Virus record (IMG/VR): IMGVR_UViG_2907202186_000003
Coordinates: 32,001-96,000 of that record
Source of the DNA: a virus
Taxonomy: Duplodnaviria > Caudoviricetes
Length of the DNA stretch: 64,000 nucleotides
Direction: 5' to 3' (one strand)
Shown: piece by piece, positions 1 to 11,524 of the stretch
Layout: each line of letters begins with the position of its first letter
How positions within the stretch are numbered: the first letter of the stretch is position 1
The notes under the pieces: model-generated
Databases searched by the model: none
Told to the model about the DNA's origin: nothing
Seen by the model: only the letters and a program-made list of their open reading frames with translations
Position numbers and translations under genes: made by a program

Positions 1-506
1 ATGCCTTCGTTGTGCCATTCAAGCCAACCATAAGGCACAAATTCATTTAGTATCTCCTGTGACAAAACAGGATTTTCTGTAATTTCATATTCCCTAGGTC
101 GCTGTTTTTGTATGTCTCTTAGCCACCAGTTCCAATCGGTTTTAGGCTTATCGTCAGCAAGATTTCCAACATTTTCATACCCCAAAGCATTACAAATAAA
201 TGTTTTTAGTTGATACAGCTTCGTTTTCACATCATCAAAATTCCTGCAGTCGTAAATAATGAACCCAACTAGACTGTAAATATCTCCACTTATTCCCTCT
301 CCGACAAGTTCAGTATGAAGAGACGGGTTTAAGTAAATTTGTGCTCCTCTTGAATTGCTCGATCCTGGAAGTCTTGCTGTAACCAAATCATCAGTACTAC
401 GACCAGACTTTATCTTAATATCTGTGCAGCCTAATTCTTCAAGTAATAATCCAATTGTTCCTTCATTATAAATGCGTTCTTTAAGTTGCTTTAGTGAGTC
501 GGACAA
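1..506 (-). CDS. DNA primase, N-terminal part (SPbeta YorJ-like), runs off the window
   Basis: RBS GGAGGAGG then TTG at 506; open frame LSDSLKQLKERIYNEG...WLEWHNEG continues to the window edge; directly downstream of the helicase. Confidence 0.7.
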   Translation of the reverse strand, partial: MSDSLKQLKERIYNEGTIGLLLEELGCTDIKIKSGRSTDDLVTARLPGSSNSRGAQIYLNPSLHTELVGEGISGDIYSLVGFIIYDCRNFDDVKTKLYQLKTFICNALGYENVGNLADDKPKTDWNWWLRDIQKQRPREYEITENPVLSQEILNEFVPYGWLEWHNEG

Positions 507-521
507 ATGACCTCCTCCATT

Positions 522-2021
522 TTAGTAATTATGATCATCGTAGACGGTAGTGAACCCGACTTCATACCAAGTGTTGATCCCAAAGTAAGGCTTTAATACA
601 AGTACTTTTTGTCCCGTTTTATTGTCAGCTCCTCTCCTGTTCTTACTGTAAAATAGCAAATAGTACTGATGCCCTTTCTCTCGTTTCATTGGTTTGTCAA
701 TGTAATCACCAGTAAAGTCATCCCACTGGTTAACAAGTAATTCGTGCTTCCCGCCTTCATACTCATCATCCCACATAAATCTACCCAAGATTAATACTGA
801 TGCCTCATTCTTAATCTTTTTACCATCGCCTAGCGCATACTCATTCAGAAACCTCATTTTTAGAGCCGTATCGGCAAGCTGAACGTTTACCCATACAGCT
901 AGGTTGAGACCGCCTCCATTGGGACGTGCAAGCTTGTAGACTTCTTTCATGTCTTCAACAAATCGTTCCCATCTTGCCATGCTGGCATCACCTTCAGACG
1001 GTTTTCCTGTATCAATAATCATTCTTTTGATTCCACGAGCAGCGTAGTGTTTTACTAGCTTTTTAACGTCTTCCATAATGTAGTTTTCCATAAATACAAA
1101 AGTAATTAGTTTCTCATTACCTTCGCATAGATCATATATCCATTGTTTTGCTTTATGTAGTTTAGCTTTATCTTGATCGGAGAAGCCACCCTCATTTAAC
1201 TTCTGTCTATCCACATATTCTTTTGTTCCCACACCCATTGCAGTAATCATTAACATCTTTTTGAACTCACCGATTGATTGTTCATTTGCAATAACCAGCA
1301 ATTTTTCTTTGTTTGCAATACAAGACATTATTACCTTATTAACAGTAAAGCTTGTTTTACCTGATCCACCGAATCCTCCATACATATAAACGTGACCATA
1401 ATCCCAACCAGTTGTTATCTTGGTCATTCGCTTGCTTTCATAAAATGGCAAACCTACTGTTGGATTCTCATCCCAATCGTTTATCTCGTCATCTAAGCCT
1501 TCTAAGAGATAATGCTCATCATATTTGTTATCACCATCAATCCCCAATTGAAGTATTTTATCATTCCAATATGTATGTAACTGTTCTTTAGACATCTTCT
1601 TGTAGTTGTACTTACCTTCATTAGTTATGACTCGCTCTCCTAGGTATCCAATAAGTCCAACTATAAGATTGTACTTTTTAATTTCGCTATAATAAGCATC
1701 CAGATTTTCGTCTTTATCCTTGACCTCAGACGACAATTCATTCATTGTTTGATATCCGCCATATTTGCCATATGCGTTCCCTGTATTAGTTTCATTGACT
1801 ACCTGGGATACGGAAATATCATCAAAAACCTTGATGCCTTTTTCGCTCAATTTTCTTCCCAGCGAGAAATAAAAACCATAAACAGGATTCAAAAAAGATT
1901 TATAGTTGATCTTTTCTTCAGGATAAAAGTTATAGTTATCTGGATTTCTCCAAAACAATCCTGTCAGATAACCCTCTGCCGCAACAACTTCTCTGCTTAA
2001 TTTTTCTTTCCACTCAGTCAT
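522..2021 (-). CDS. Replicative DnaB-like helicase (YorI-like)
   Basis: Walker A GGFGGSGKT, ANEQ motif, Walker B IIDT, VQL, KNRRG arginine finger. Confidence 0.9.
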   Translation of the reverse strand: MTEWKEKLSREVVAAEGYLTGLFWRNPDNYNFYPEEKINYKSFLNPVYGFYFSLGRKLSEKGIKVFDDISVSQVVNETNTGNAYGKYGGYQTMNELSSEVKDKDENLDAYYSEIKKYNLIVGLIGYLGERVITNEGKYNYKKMSKEQLHTYWNDKILQLGIDGDNKYDEHYLLEGLDDEINDWDENPTVGLPFYESKRMTKITTGWDYGHVYMYGGFGGSGKTSFTVNKVIMSCIANKEKLLVIANEQSIGEFKKMLMITAMGVGTKEYVDRQKLNEGGFSDQDKAKLHKAKQWIYDLCEGNEKLITFVFMENYIMEDVKKLVKHYAARGIKRMIIDTGKPSEGDASMARWERFVEDMKEVYKLARPNGGGLNLAVWVNVQLADTALKMRFLNEYALGDGKKIKNEASVLILGRFMWDDEYEGGKHELLVNQWDDFTGDYIDKPMKREKGHQYYLLFYSKNRRGADNKTGQKVLVLKPYFGINTWYEVGFTTVYDDHNY

Positions 2022-2031
2022 TTAATTCCCC

Positions 2032-2604
2032 CTAAAGAAACTCGGAAATATCATTATCATTTTCAGATTTAGGCTTATAAATCACTTCATAATTTGTAAT
2101 CCCTTTAGTATTTTTACTTTCTAATTGTATCTGTTCCAACTGTCTTTGTCTGTTCTTTTTTCTTTCATTTGCTTCATTAAGTTTGTCGATCATAATACTG
2201 ATCCCGTAGTTAACTGCTTTAACATCATTGCTACCATCAAGTTTATTCTTAATACACCATCTGATACTGTCTTCGGACAATTTATAGGCATCAAGCATCA
2301 AATTGAAATCTGGGCCAGTTCGCCATTGTTTAACCTTCTTACCATTCTTCATGACAAACCCAGATCTAAGATCTTTTAATCGAGTTATGTTCCCCTTTGG
2401 TAATACGACTAAATCATGCAGTTTAATAATGTACTGATATAGGTCGTCCCACTCTTCATTCTCTTTTTGAGTTGCAGCTTTTGCTTTTAGATGCTCCAAG
2501 TGACATGTTTCTTTGTGATAAAACCTCTTGTCTTCATAAACCATAATTTCTTTGTCGCCGTATTGCTCACATACTGGACATTTTACTGGTCTTGGTCTTG
2601 TCAG
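2032..2604 (-). CDS. YorH-like protein with N-terminal Zn-finger, possible helicase loader; probable CTG start
   Basis: ORF extends 20 codons upstream of the tracked ATG (TRPRPVKCPVCEQYGDKE) to a CTG preceded by AGGAGGTG; lies upstream of the helicase. Confidence 0.65.
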   Translation of the reverse strand: MTRPRPVKCPVCEQYGDKEIMVYEDKRFYHKETCHLEHLKAKAATQKENEEWDDLYQYIIKLHDLVVLPKGNITRLKDLRSGFVMKNGKKVKQWRTGPDFNLMLDAYKLSEDSIRWCIKNKLDGSNDVKAVNYGISIMIDKLNEANERKKNRQRQLEQIQLESKNTKGITNYEVIYKPKSENDNDISEFL

Positions 2605-2617
2605 CTAAATCACCTCC

Positions 2618-3454
2618 TTAAACAACGAATTTATCAAATACGGGCAATCTCAAGAGATTGTTCTTTGTGTATCCTCTATGTTTAACAACACACTTAATAA
2701 GTGGTTGGAGATATACAGTATCCTTCGTCTCACCTGCTTTTAGTTGTTGAAATATCTTGTATCCTGCTTTGCGTTCGGTTGGCCCAACTCCCAATTCCAT
2801 TACGCCTACAATTCGTTCTCCATTTGAAAGCAACCAGCCAAACTCATCCTTTCTGTATCCTGCTATATAAAGCTCGTCCATTTCATACGCTACAACCTTT
2901 TGCCACACAGAAGATCTCTTGCCGATTTCATACTTTGAACTTGCTTGTTTTAGGACTACTCCTTCTAACTTCTGCTCCTTAACTAAGTCAAAGTAGTTGA
3001 TTCCATTGCCATAAATGTATTTAGTCTTTGTATAAAACTGATTATCTGAAAAGGAGGATTCCAAGGCTTCCTTACGCTCAATCAATGGTAATATATTCAT
3101 ATCTTTATGTTCATATTTTATGATGTCGAATGCACAGAATGTAACTTTATGCTTGCTCTTTTTTGACTTGAATCGTTCCATCATCGCCTGAAAGTCAGGC
3201 TTACCATCATCCCCAGTAACAATCAATTCTCCATCAAGTATAGTTCCTTTTGGAGTATCTATATTATCGACCAGCTCAGGAAAGTTGGCCGTTATCTCGT
3301 TATTATGACGTGTATACAATCTAACCCTATCCATATTGCTAACGATCAACCTAATGCCATCCAATTTCAATTCGGTTATGTAGCTGTCATTATCAAATGG
3401 CTTGTTATCTGCAGCGTGTTCCAGCAACATTGGGGATATAAACATCTTCTTCAC
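2618..3454 (-). CDS. ATP-dependent DNA ligase
   Basis: KLDG adenylation motif, LDGE, FDI, EGVVLK, WQKV and a C-terminal OB fold ending in LRLPVF. Confidence 0.92.
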   Translation of the reverse strand: MKKMFISPMLLEHAADNKPFDNDSYITELKLDGIRLIVSNMDRVRLYTRHNNEITANFPELVDNIDTPKGTILDGELIVTGDDGKPDFQAMMERFKSKKSKHKVTFCAFDIIKYEHKDMNILPLIERKEALESSFSDNQFYTKTKYIYGNGINYFDLVKEQKLEGVVLKQASSKYEIGKRSSVWQKVVAYEMDELYIAGYRKDEFGWLLSNGERIVGVMELGVGPTERKAGYKIFQQLKAGETKDTVYLQPLIKCVVKHRGYTKNNLLRLPVFDKFVV

Positions 3455-3539
3455 CTACCTTAAGACAAGTTTATCAAAGGTAGGTACTGCTGTTTAGAGG
3501 TAAGTTATGTATGCTTTCTTGATGAAACTGAACTTTCAT

Positions 3540-3917
3540 CTGATTTACGTCCACTTTATGTATTCATCTCTTGGCACTTCGCGTAGCACTACGCATTTTT
3601 TTGCAAGTACTTTTTCCTTTTCTTTGATACAAAAATCATCAAATGAAATCTTAACTTCTAACAGAGAACCATTTTTCCAGTAATCCGATCTATCAATTTC
3701 TTCTTTTTGATTGAAATATAAATATTCATTTCTTGGTACGGCTTCGCACTATGAGTTTTGAGAGATTTATTTCAACCTCATCGACTAGGTCATGGTTTTC
3801 TATGTATTCAGTTAAGTTATCACTGTAGGCTTTTTTAACAACATCGTCTCCAAATAGCTTTTTAACGCACTGATCAATCATATCGTTATTCAACTCCACA
3901 ACCCCTTTCTTGATCAA
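3540..3917 (-). pseudogene. Possibly frameshifted hypothetical gene
   Basis: 63-aa ORF stops at 3726 while a protein-like frame (NEYLYFNQKEEIDRSDYWKNG...) continues toward the next junction repeat. Confidence 0.3.
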
Positions 3918-4613
3918 AGTAAACTTTTATTTAGTTTATTTTGACGCTTTTAATCCATCGTGGATCTCACGAAGCTCTTTGATGGCAGATTTAATCTTTC
4001 GTTTATCTACATCTTCATGATAGTATTTTATGTCACCTAGAAGATGTTCCTTGAGTTGTTCGTCTGTCATTTCAAAAAGCTCTAATCCACTCCATTCATC
4101 AGACCAGATTGAGCCAATACATTGACGGTCTTCAGGAGTTGGATATGTAATGTCGCTCATTTCTTCGTCATAATAAAATTCCCAATACTTGTACTTTTTA
4201 TTGATTTTCATCGTATACCTCCAATTCTTCATAAAAGAAAGATTTCATTAAGTCTTAACTGTGTTAACATTATCTGAACCATTTAAATGCCCGATGATTT
4301 CGCCAACAAGCACGATCCTGCCTTGATTATCATAATCAAATTCATATCGAGTTGTGCAATCTGGACATCTTAGATACTCTTCGAGAATGTATTTATCCTC
4401 GACAGTTTTTCTAAGTCTCTTTTCAACCCTGTGTCCTTCGTTGCTGATTTTAAATTGTTCACGATAAAAATATTCCTGGGTAAAAACTAGGTCAGAACCA
4501 CATTCACAATTTGGCTTTTGATACACCTCTACTGCCTCCATATCTTATAAAAAAATTTCGTTTAGTTCTCTCGATATTATTTAAGATTTCTTTGGAGCCG
4601 TCAGTTCTCCATG

Positions 4614-5393
4614 TTACCTCTTAAATAACCGTTTGACTGTTTTTTCTAAATAATAGAAACCGATTATTCCCAAAATCAATAGAGATGCTAATCTCCAAAT
4701 AAGTATTAAATTCATATTATACAAACTCAAAGAAGTGCTTACATCGAACATAATATGTGTTATGATAACTGTCCATATATTTTTTGTAATAATGAATAAC
4801 AATCCAAAACATAGTCCTAATATCATTAAAGTTATAGTGATATTATAATCAAACCAGCCCACAGTATAGTTAAAAGTATGTAGCCATCCAAACAAGAACG
4901 AGCTTAGAATAACTGCTATAGTCAAGATAACATTTCTCTTTAAGGCTAGACTTGAAAGCATTAGACAAATAACATTAATTGCAGCAAACCTCCAGATCTC
5001 TTCACTTCCGGCTAAAAAATCAGAAATTAAATCCAAAAACAACTCATTAGAATTTATTGCTGATGGCAGTTCTTGAGGGTTCTGATCTTTTATAATGTAA
5101 CTGGTAACGAAGTTAACAATTACATTAAATAGCACAGGAACAGAAAAAGGAATGATTACATAGTTAAATAACTTTTGTTTTGCTGTTGTCTTTCCAATAT
5201 AAATATGAGCCTTCTGGAATAATACAGAGAAATAAAGACATGTAAAAAAGATACAATAATACACGTTTGAGAAATCTATAAACCGTTCTCTAATGATTAT
5301 ATATATGGGTAGTGACAAAAATATTAGAAGATTGACTATTAAATTCTTGCGGTTCAAGAAAATATCGGTAATAAGATTCATTTTTTTCTCCAA
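4614..5393 (-). CDS. CPBP (CAAX protease/Abi) family intramembrane metalloprotease
   Basis: Multi-TM protein with EEIWR, FGWLH and HIMFD motifs. Confidence 0.85.
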   Translation of the reverse strand: MEKKMNLITDIFLNRKNLIVNLLIFLSLPIYIIIRERFIDFSNVYYCIFFTCLYFSVLFQKAHIYIGKTTAKQKLFNYVIIPFSVPVLFNVIVNFVTSYIIKDQNPQELPSAINSNELFLDLISDFLAGSEEIWRFAAINVICLMLSSLALKRNVILTIAVILSSFLFGWLHTFNYTVGWFDYNITITLMILGLCFGLLFIITKNIWTVIITHIMFDVSTSLSLYNMNLILIWRLASLLILGIIGFYYLEKTVKRLFKR

Positions 5394-5424
5394 TCAGTAA
5401 AGATAAGATGAACGTTTCATGTAA

Positions 5425-5979
5425 TCACAGATATTCAATCCTAAGCAGGATTTCTTCTCTACTTAGTTTTAAATGATTAAGAAGTTTCTCGCCATCTTTA
5501 TTTAACCATCCCTGTTGCCTTGCATCTTCTCTAAGTATTATCTCTTTCGTTAATCTGGACTCTAATGAATTAAGCCAGCACTCTGTGTTTTTGCGTCCCA
5601 TATTTCCAAGAACATTTTTATCCGCTTCCATCTCATAAGGACTCACTAGGCCTATCTTAACTCTATCTAATCGTCCCTCAGAGGTAAATGGGTGATTATT
5701 AATAACATGACCAAGTTCATGATAAAGCGAACACCAGTCCAAAACCAAATTGTTTGAAGTACATAAGAATACTAATCCTTTAGTAGCAAAATCCGGTCTA
5801 TCCTTTGATGTATAACCCTGATTTTCAAAATTCGTACAGAATGAGTGTCCTCGCTTACTATAATTAATTACTGGAGTTTCTTTGAATAAAAAATAGTCAA
5901 ATTTAATTTCATTCCCCTCTTCATTAACTATAGAGAATTGCTGATTAAACACCATTTCTTGCACCATTAGACACCTCAT
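5425..5979 (-). CDS. ImmA/IrrE-like Zn metallopeptidase
   Basis: HELGH followed by EMEAD. Confidence 0.65.
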   Translation of the reverse strand: MRCLMVQEMVFNQQFSIVNEEGNEIKFDYFLFKETPVINYSKRGHSFCTNFENQGYTSKDRPDFATKGLVFLCTSNNLVLDWCSLYHELGHVINNHPFTSEGRLDRVKIGLVSPYEMEADKNVLGNMGRKNTECWLNSLESRLTKEIILREDARQQGWLNKDGEKLLNHLKLSREEILLRIEYL

Positions 5980-6018
5980 AGCTTATAAAATATTTGTTTC
6001 ATCATGTATCAATTATAT

Positions 6019-6972
6019 CTAGATATTAGACCATGTTTCCCTCCTACAAATTTTAACTATGTTATCAGATGATACCTGATATTTACCTGCTAGAAACTCT
6101 ATTGCTCCCTTACTTTTGTTATCCTTATAGTATCCTCTAATTTCTCGTACTTCCTTAGGGGAGAGTTTCCTTGTGTGTGCCCTCATTGATGAGAGGTTAT
6201 TAAGTTCCTCAAATTTCTCATCATAAACAAATTCTAGTAAAGAGGCGCAGTCCCGATTAAACTTCTTTTTAAAAATGTAAGCAAAGCCCGAGTTATCAAA
6301 CACATCTCTATTGATTTTATTTATTATTTCACTTTTCTTCCATTTGAGGACAGTTTCGAAAAACCAAATTACTCCATCACGTATATCTTGATCAGTCCAA
6401 TTGTCTATAGTGACCCTTTTGAATTCCCATATTCTAAAATTGTATTCTGGATATATTGTTCTTAAAAAATCATAATAATAATCTGTTTGGTTTTTATCTT
6501 TATTCAGTCTTCTGTAAGCAAGTGTAAACCTTTCTAACCCTATTTCCTTTGCTCCTTTTAACAAGTCAGTTCTAGTTATTTTATTGATAGTACAATATGT
6601 TCTGGCCCCATCTACGATATTGCCGATACTTTCCCAATAACCGGATGGAACAACCTTCAACTCCCACGGATATACATTCCACTCCGGAAATGTTATAGAA
6701 ACTGCATAATAAGCATTGGAGGATAAATATCTTTCTAAGGGAGTTGTTAATTTGTATTTGCAGATAAAACTAGTCGTAAGTATATTTAGAAGACTTTCTC
6801 TACTCAGTTCTAGATGCTCAACGATTAGATAGCGAAAGCATTTTTTGAAATTATCAATTGCTTCTTTCTCTAAATCCCATGTATAAGGAGGGAACCTCTT
6901 CAATTCCCCCAGCAATAATTGTTTGTAGACATCAACTATAGAAAACATATGAAGTATCTCCTTATATCTCAC
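6019..6972 (-). CDS. DUF4046-like protein with C-terminal HTH
   Basis: YKQLLLGELKRFPPYTW N-terminus, repeated P-W-E-L/F-K-x-V...W units, C-terminal KLSPKEVREIR...LAGKYQVS...W HTH. Confidence 0.6.
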   Translation of the reverse strand: MRYKEILHMFSIVDVYKQLLLGELKRFPPYTWDLEKEAIDNFKKCFRYLIVEHLELSRESLLNILTTSFICKYKLTTPLERYLSSNAYYAVSITFPEWNVYPWELKVVPSGYWESIGNIVDGARTYCTINKITRTDLLKGAKEIGLERFTLAYRRLNKDKNQTDYYYDFLRTIYPEYNFRIWEFKRVTIDNWTDQDIRDGVIWFFETVLKWKKSEIINKINRDVFDNSGFAYIFKKKFNRDCASLLEFVYDEKFEELNNLSSMRAHTRKLSPKEVREIRGYYKDNKSKGAIEFLAGKYQVSSDNIVKICRRETWSNI

Positions 6973-9798
6973 TATTTACTCTGTATCATAACTTATTAAG
7001 TCGTTGGGAACCAGTTTAAGAAAACCAGCCGTAGTTTCACACAACGATAATCCATTATCGTATTCATATATCACATGAACTCTGGTGTATCGTTCAAGTT
7101 CCTCTATTTTATTATTTAAAAATCCATCCTTATTTAGATTCTTATTTTCATCTAAGTATTTTCCGATTTTTAATTGTTGCTCTCTATAATCAACAAATTT
7201 ACCTAGCAATTCATCGGCCTTGTTAACACCTAATTCTTTTTCAAGTTTAAAATATAGTTCGTTTTCAATTTCATGATATTTCTTTATGATATTAAAAATA
7301 ATTTTATCCATATGTATCCCTCTCCTAACATAATAATGAAAGTCATATTTTATAGGGTTATGCTGTTTTTTAATTGCAAAAAACATTCATCGCAAAAGTT
7401 AACTTTAGCCTGTGTTCCAACTAAGACTATTACCTCGTCATAGGGAAACTGAAGTCTTTTTTGATCCTCAGTTAACTTCCCCCTTTTGTAAAAATTACAA
7501 CTTCCCTCTTCTTTTACCGATGATCTGAATAAATCCATATTGCACTCCTTTCTAAATCAAACTCACATTTCATTCTGTATCATATATCCGGTTTATATGA
7601 TGACACTCTGCACATTCATAATCATTAAACTCGCCTTTCTCATCTTCCCCACTACCAACAATATCAACATACTCATTATCAAAACACTCTTCACATTGAA
7701 ATCTCATTTCTTTCGCCACCTTGTTTCTTTATAAAAGATTCGTTTTATTTCCACACTTTTTCTCTTATGTTCTCAGCAATTTGATATAGCTCTTCTTCTT
7801 CATCTTTATCGTCTCTTTCGAAGTTAATATTGCCGTAATCAAAGTGGATTCTAAGCATCTCTAACTCTTTTTCTGTGAAGTAAATTGTTTTACCTGCCAT
7901 TATTATTGCCAACCTTCCAGATGTTTTAACATACTGTAATTCGCTCTGCAAAATAAATTCCTATTTGCCCGTCTTCAAACTCTAGAGTAACATTGCCTAC
8001 ATTCTCGTCTAATTCAGTAACTAATCCTTCTTTATGTGCCCAGGTTCCCATTATCGGCCTTGCAGTAACCCCTAGTCCAATTACTCTCCCATTGCAATCC
8101 CGCAACTTCAATATTTATCCCCCCATCATCAGCTCAGATTATAATATTCTCGATCAACTCGACATTCGTTATCACAAATTGTCCAGCTTTCTCCAGGCTT
8201 AAGCGTTCAATATCACCCTCGTGTATCGTACCAATAAAATCCTCTAGCTGTCGTGATCCTTTCATTCTTTTTAGATCTGTTTGTGCTAATTGTCTAACCA
8301 ATTCAATATTATTGTAACGATCCTCCTTTGCATCTTTTAGAATTATATCCTTATGACTCATAACCTTATTAATCCTAATTGTTTCAGTCGTACTGTAGTT
8401 CTCGTTATTGCTTAATTTGTAATCAATTCTATATACCTGGTTGATTAAAATATCTACTCTATCTTTCATTCTTCTAGTTCTAAAAAAATCGTCATTGGCG
8501 TTTACTCTTACAATTTTAAGGTTTTCTGATCTTTTATCCCAGCTAATCCATCCATATCTTTCACTCGTGTCAAAATAACAACTCAGCGCTTCATCAATTG
8601 AATCAAATAATATAGCTTCGCTTAGGGCACATTTTATGACAGTGCCTCCGATTGAGCCTCTTTTTATGTATTTTCCATCGAGCACTCTCACTGCATATTT
8701 TACTATTATAATCACCTCGCTCTGCATAAAAGGCTAATTTTATGTACCACTACTATTTAAAGAAAATTACTTTTGTGCATCTTACTTGATATCCCTTTTG
8801 AGTAAATCAAACTTTCAAAAATCTTAATTGCGATTTCCGGTTCATATGGAGGCTGCTGAACATTGTCAACATAAGTATCACGAAAATCATCATCTTCAAC
8901 AACACCTAACTCATTGAACCAGTTTTCAATAATATCTTCATGTTTTGATGCCATCTTTCTATACTTGGCTGCTTTTCTTAGTGCATCCCTAATTTCTATT
9001 GGAACTTTTGTTTTCATGTATCTTCCCCGCTTTCATCTAAATACTCCTCACAATACATCTGCAATTCAGTTAGCCTCTTATATCGTTTCCATCTTCATCA
9101 ACTTGTTTGCTGCCTCCTCCAAACTCCCATCCATTAGCCTCTACAAATTCAATAAACTTATCGAGAAACTCGTCATGATTAACGTCTCCCTCAGTAGCAA
9201 AAATTGCTCCACTAATCTCAATGCCTTTTTTCATTATGTTCTCTCCCCTCAGAATAAAAGACTCATTTCATGTAACTTTGTTTAAAATTCCATGGGGAAT
9301 TTTGTAAACAAAAAATGAACTCCCCATAGAATTGTTCCTTCTATTACTCTTCACCTTTGTTGCGTAATATATAGCTACCTTGTTCCAATTTCAAACTTTC
9401 AATGGAACCATAGGGTGAAAAGTATGATTCTACGGTCGTTCCATCTTCAAAGTCAATCTCCCCTTGCCAAGTTCCATACAACGAAGCTACTCTGTTTAAA
9501 TTAATTATAGCTTCAATCCCCTTGTCCTTAGTATCCACTCCAGGTACACTTATTGAGGTACCATTTAATTCAGTTTTATTGAATTGAAAAGGAATCAATA
9601 GTTTACATACATCTTTATAACTGTTCGTAATTACTGTGAATTTTTTAGATGTATTAACTACTCCCTTACCCTCAAAATTGAATACATAGTTAATTGTTCC
9701 AACACCAATTAAACTTTTAACCTTAGTTTCCCCAATTAGTTCTTCAATCTCCAAAAATTTAGCCATCTACGATCTCTCCTCATAAAAGAATTGTTTGA

Positions 9799-10365
9799 TT
9801 AAGAAATAAATACTTTCGAGAAAATTACATTGTTTACTGTATCATCCATAGTAGCAACATGCTCAATAGTATTCTTTTGCGCTTCAATAACTTTGTCCAA
9901 GTTGGGAATATACATATCAGATAACTCTGATTCGATGTATTTAAAAGCGTAAGGTTTATTTGATCCTATTGCAGAGATACAATCGTTACTGATTAGTTCG
10001 AGAGATTCAAGTTGCTTTTTGGGTGTTCTTAGCTGACAAATCTTAAGAATCCCTTTGCTTCTACCTCCCCATAGCAATATAAATGGATGGTTTTGATATA
10101 TAATCTTATTGGCTGTTCTCAGAATTATTTTACTTGCTTCATCCACATAATCTGATTTATTGAGTGTTTTATATTTTTGATCCAAGGTCATGGCAACATC
10201 ATCGAATATCGCTTTGCTTCCCCATGCAGAAAAGAATAAATTGTCCTCATAGGATTTTATTTTATTGAAATTTTCATCTTCAATATTATTAAACCGGTCT
10301 ACAATTCTTCCGTCAGACATTACAGAAATAAATTGGTTGCAAGCAACTACGGTTATTAGGCTCAT
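9799..10365 (-). CDS. Hypothetical protein, possible Ntn-hydrolase (proteasome-beta-like) fold
   Basis: N-terminus M-S-L-I-T-V-V...SDGR resembles the T/S-first beta strand and ADxR motif; SAIGS near the C-terminus. Confidence 0.35.
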   Translation of the reverse strand: MSLITVVACNQFISVMSDGRIVDRFNNIEDENFNKIKSYEDNLFFSAWGSKAIFDDVAMTLDQKYKTLNKSDYVDEASKIILRTANKIIYQNHPFILLWGGRSKGILKICQLRTPKKQLESLELISNDCISAIGSNKPYAFKYIESELSDMYIPNLDKVIEAQKNTIEHVATMDDTVNNVIFSKVFIS

Positions 10366-10738
10366 TATTTATCCCTTTCTTATAAAAGTATTATTTCATC
10401 AGATTTACTTATCCTCTAAATGGTTTCCTTAGTGTATTTCTGTTCAAAAAATCAATCACTTCTCTTTTCTTCATGATAAAAACCTTATTATAATTTACTA
10501 AGCAACTTGAACAATAGGGCTGATTATTTGAATTGAAGAGAGGTTTTGCATTTTGATTTGAACAGTTAGGACATTCATAAATAACCCCTAAAACTGTACG
10601 CTTATTCTTATCCCAGTCTTTTGGAGTGCGATATTTTGTCATCTCTTCCCCACCTCATATGATTTCATTTAACAGCGACTCATCTGTTATTATTCGACAT
10701 TAATTATGTATTCACCTTCCGGATAATCCCTTGAATCA

Positions 10739-10767
10739 ATATTATTATATTTACTTTATTATGTCAA
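10739..10767 (-). promoter_or_regulatory. SigA-type promoter containing the ATAAAGTAAATATA motif
   Basis: TTGACA-17-TAATAT on the minus strand at the head of the 3.5-10.6 kb gene array. Confidence 0.7.
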
Positions 10768-10788
10768 GGGCTTTCTGCCAATTATACG

Positions 10789-10828
10789 AAATTGACTGAC
10801 TTCCTGTATATGGAGGTCAGTCAATTTG
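10789..10828. terminator. Intrinsic terminator hairpin
   Basis: AAATTGACTGAC...GTCAGTCAATTT inverted repeat after the HTH gene. Confidence 0.7.
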
Positions 10829-10830
10829 TG

Positions 10831-11052
10831 TTACCAAAAATCACTCAACGATACGTCATAACCTTCTCTTCTCAATTTACTTATGATCTTAAGCTGTGTA
10901 TTGTCCTGGGGATTATGTTCAGTGTCATTACATAGAGAGTATACCGTCTTTCGATTCAATCCTATATTCTTAATCAGCCATTCCTGGCTAATACGATTAC
11001 GATCTATCCATTTGCCAAACCTAGTTCTTCTCTTAAATTCAAATACTCCCAT
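10831..11052 (-). CDS. XRE/Cro-type HTH regulator, divergent from the tubulin operon
   Basis: FGKWIDRNRISQEWL...GLNRKTVYSLCN HTH; probable start at MGVFEF after GGGTGG. Confidence 0.75.
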   Translation of the reverse strand: MGVFEFKRRTRFGKWIDRNRISQEWLIKNIGLNRKTVYSLCNDTEHNPQDNTQLKIISKLRREGYDVSLSDFW

Positions 11053-11239
11053 TCCATCCACCCCTTTACTGACTAGGATGGACAAATCTTCGAAAATTAA
11101 TACATGGATTTTCAATTTTATGGGTTATATTGGGCAAGCGTGTCGCAATATGCTATATCATCAACCATCAAACAACGTCTTTCAAAATCATCCCAGACAG
11201 TGCAAGATGCTTGAATATTGATGAGGAGGTGTAATCATC

Positions 11240-11524
11240 TTGGAGAATTACTTCGAATATGTTCTAAGCAGCCTAACCATTGATGACGTATTTATTTTAG
11301 GAGCTTTACAAGAAGCAGAAGCGACAGCTGGATTTAAAGCTGTAAGCAACGCAGATTTGCAGAAAACAGTCGCCTTTACCGAAGCTACTTATCGAAGAAC
11401 AATCAATCGTCTATGTGCTAATAAATTCGTTGAAACAATTAATGTAAAAAAACAGAACTTACTGTATCTTACCGAATATGGTATTGCTGCTGTAACTAAA
11501 TCACTTGAAAGGGTTGGTGCCTAG
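11240..11524 (+). CDS. Winged-HTH DNA-binding protein (TubR-like by position)
   Basis: TYRRTINRL...YLTEYG wHTH signature; overlaps the start of the tubulin gene. Confidence 0.65.
   Translation: MENYFEYVLSSLTIDDVFILGALQEAEATAGFKAVSNADLQKTVAFTEATYRRTINRLCANKFVETINVKKQNLLYLTEYGIAAVTKSLERVGA

Noticed and set aside
3522-3539. Junction repeat as dif/Xer site or intrinsic terminator
   Set aside because: Arms do not match the Bacillus dif consensus; an AT-rich 6-bp stem without a GC stem and U-tract is too weak for a terminator
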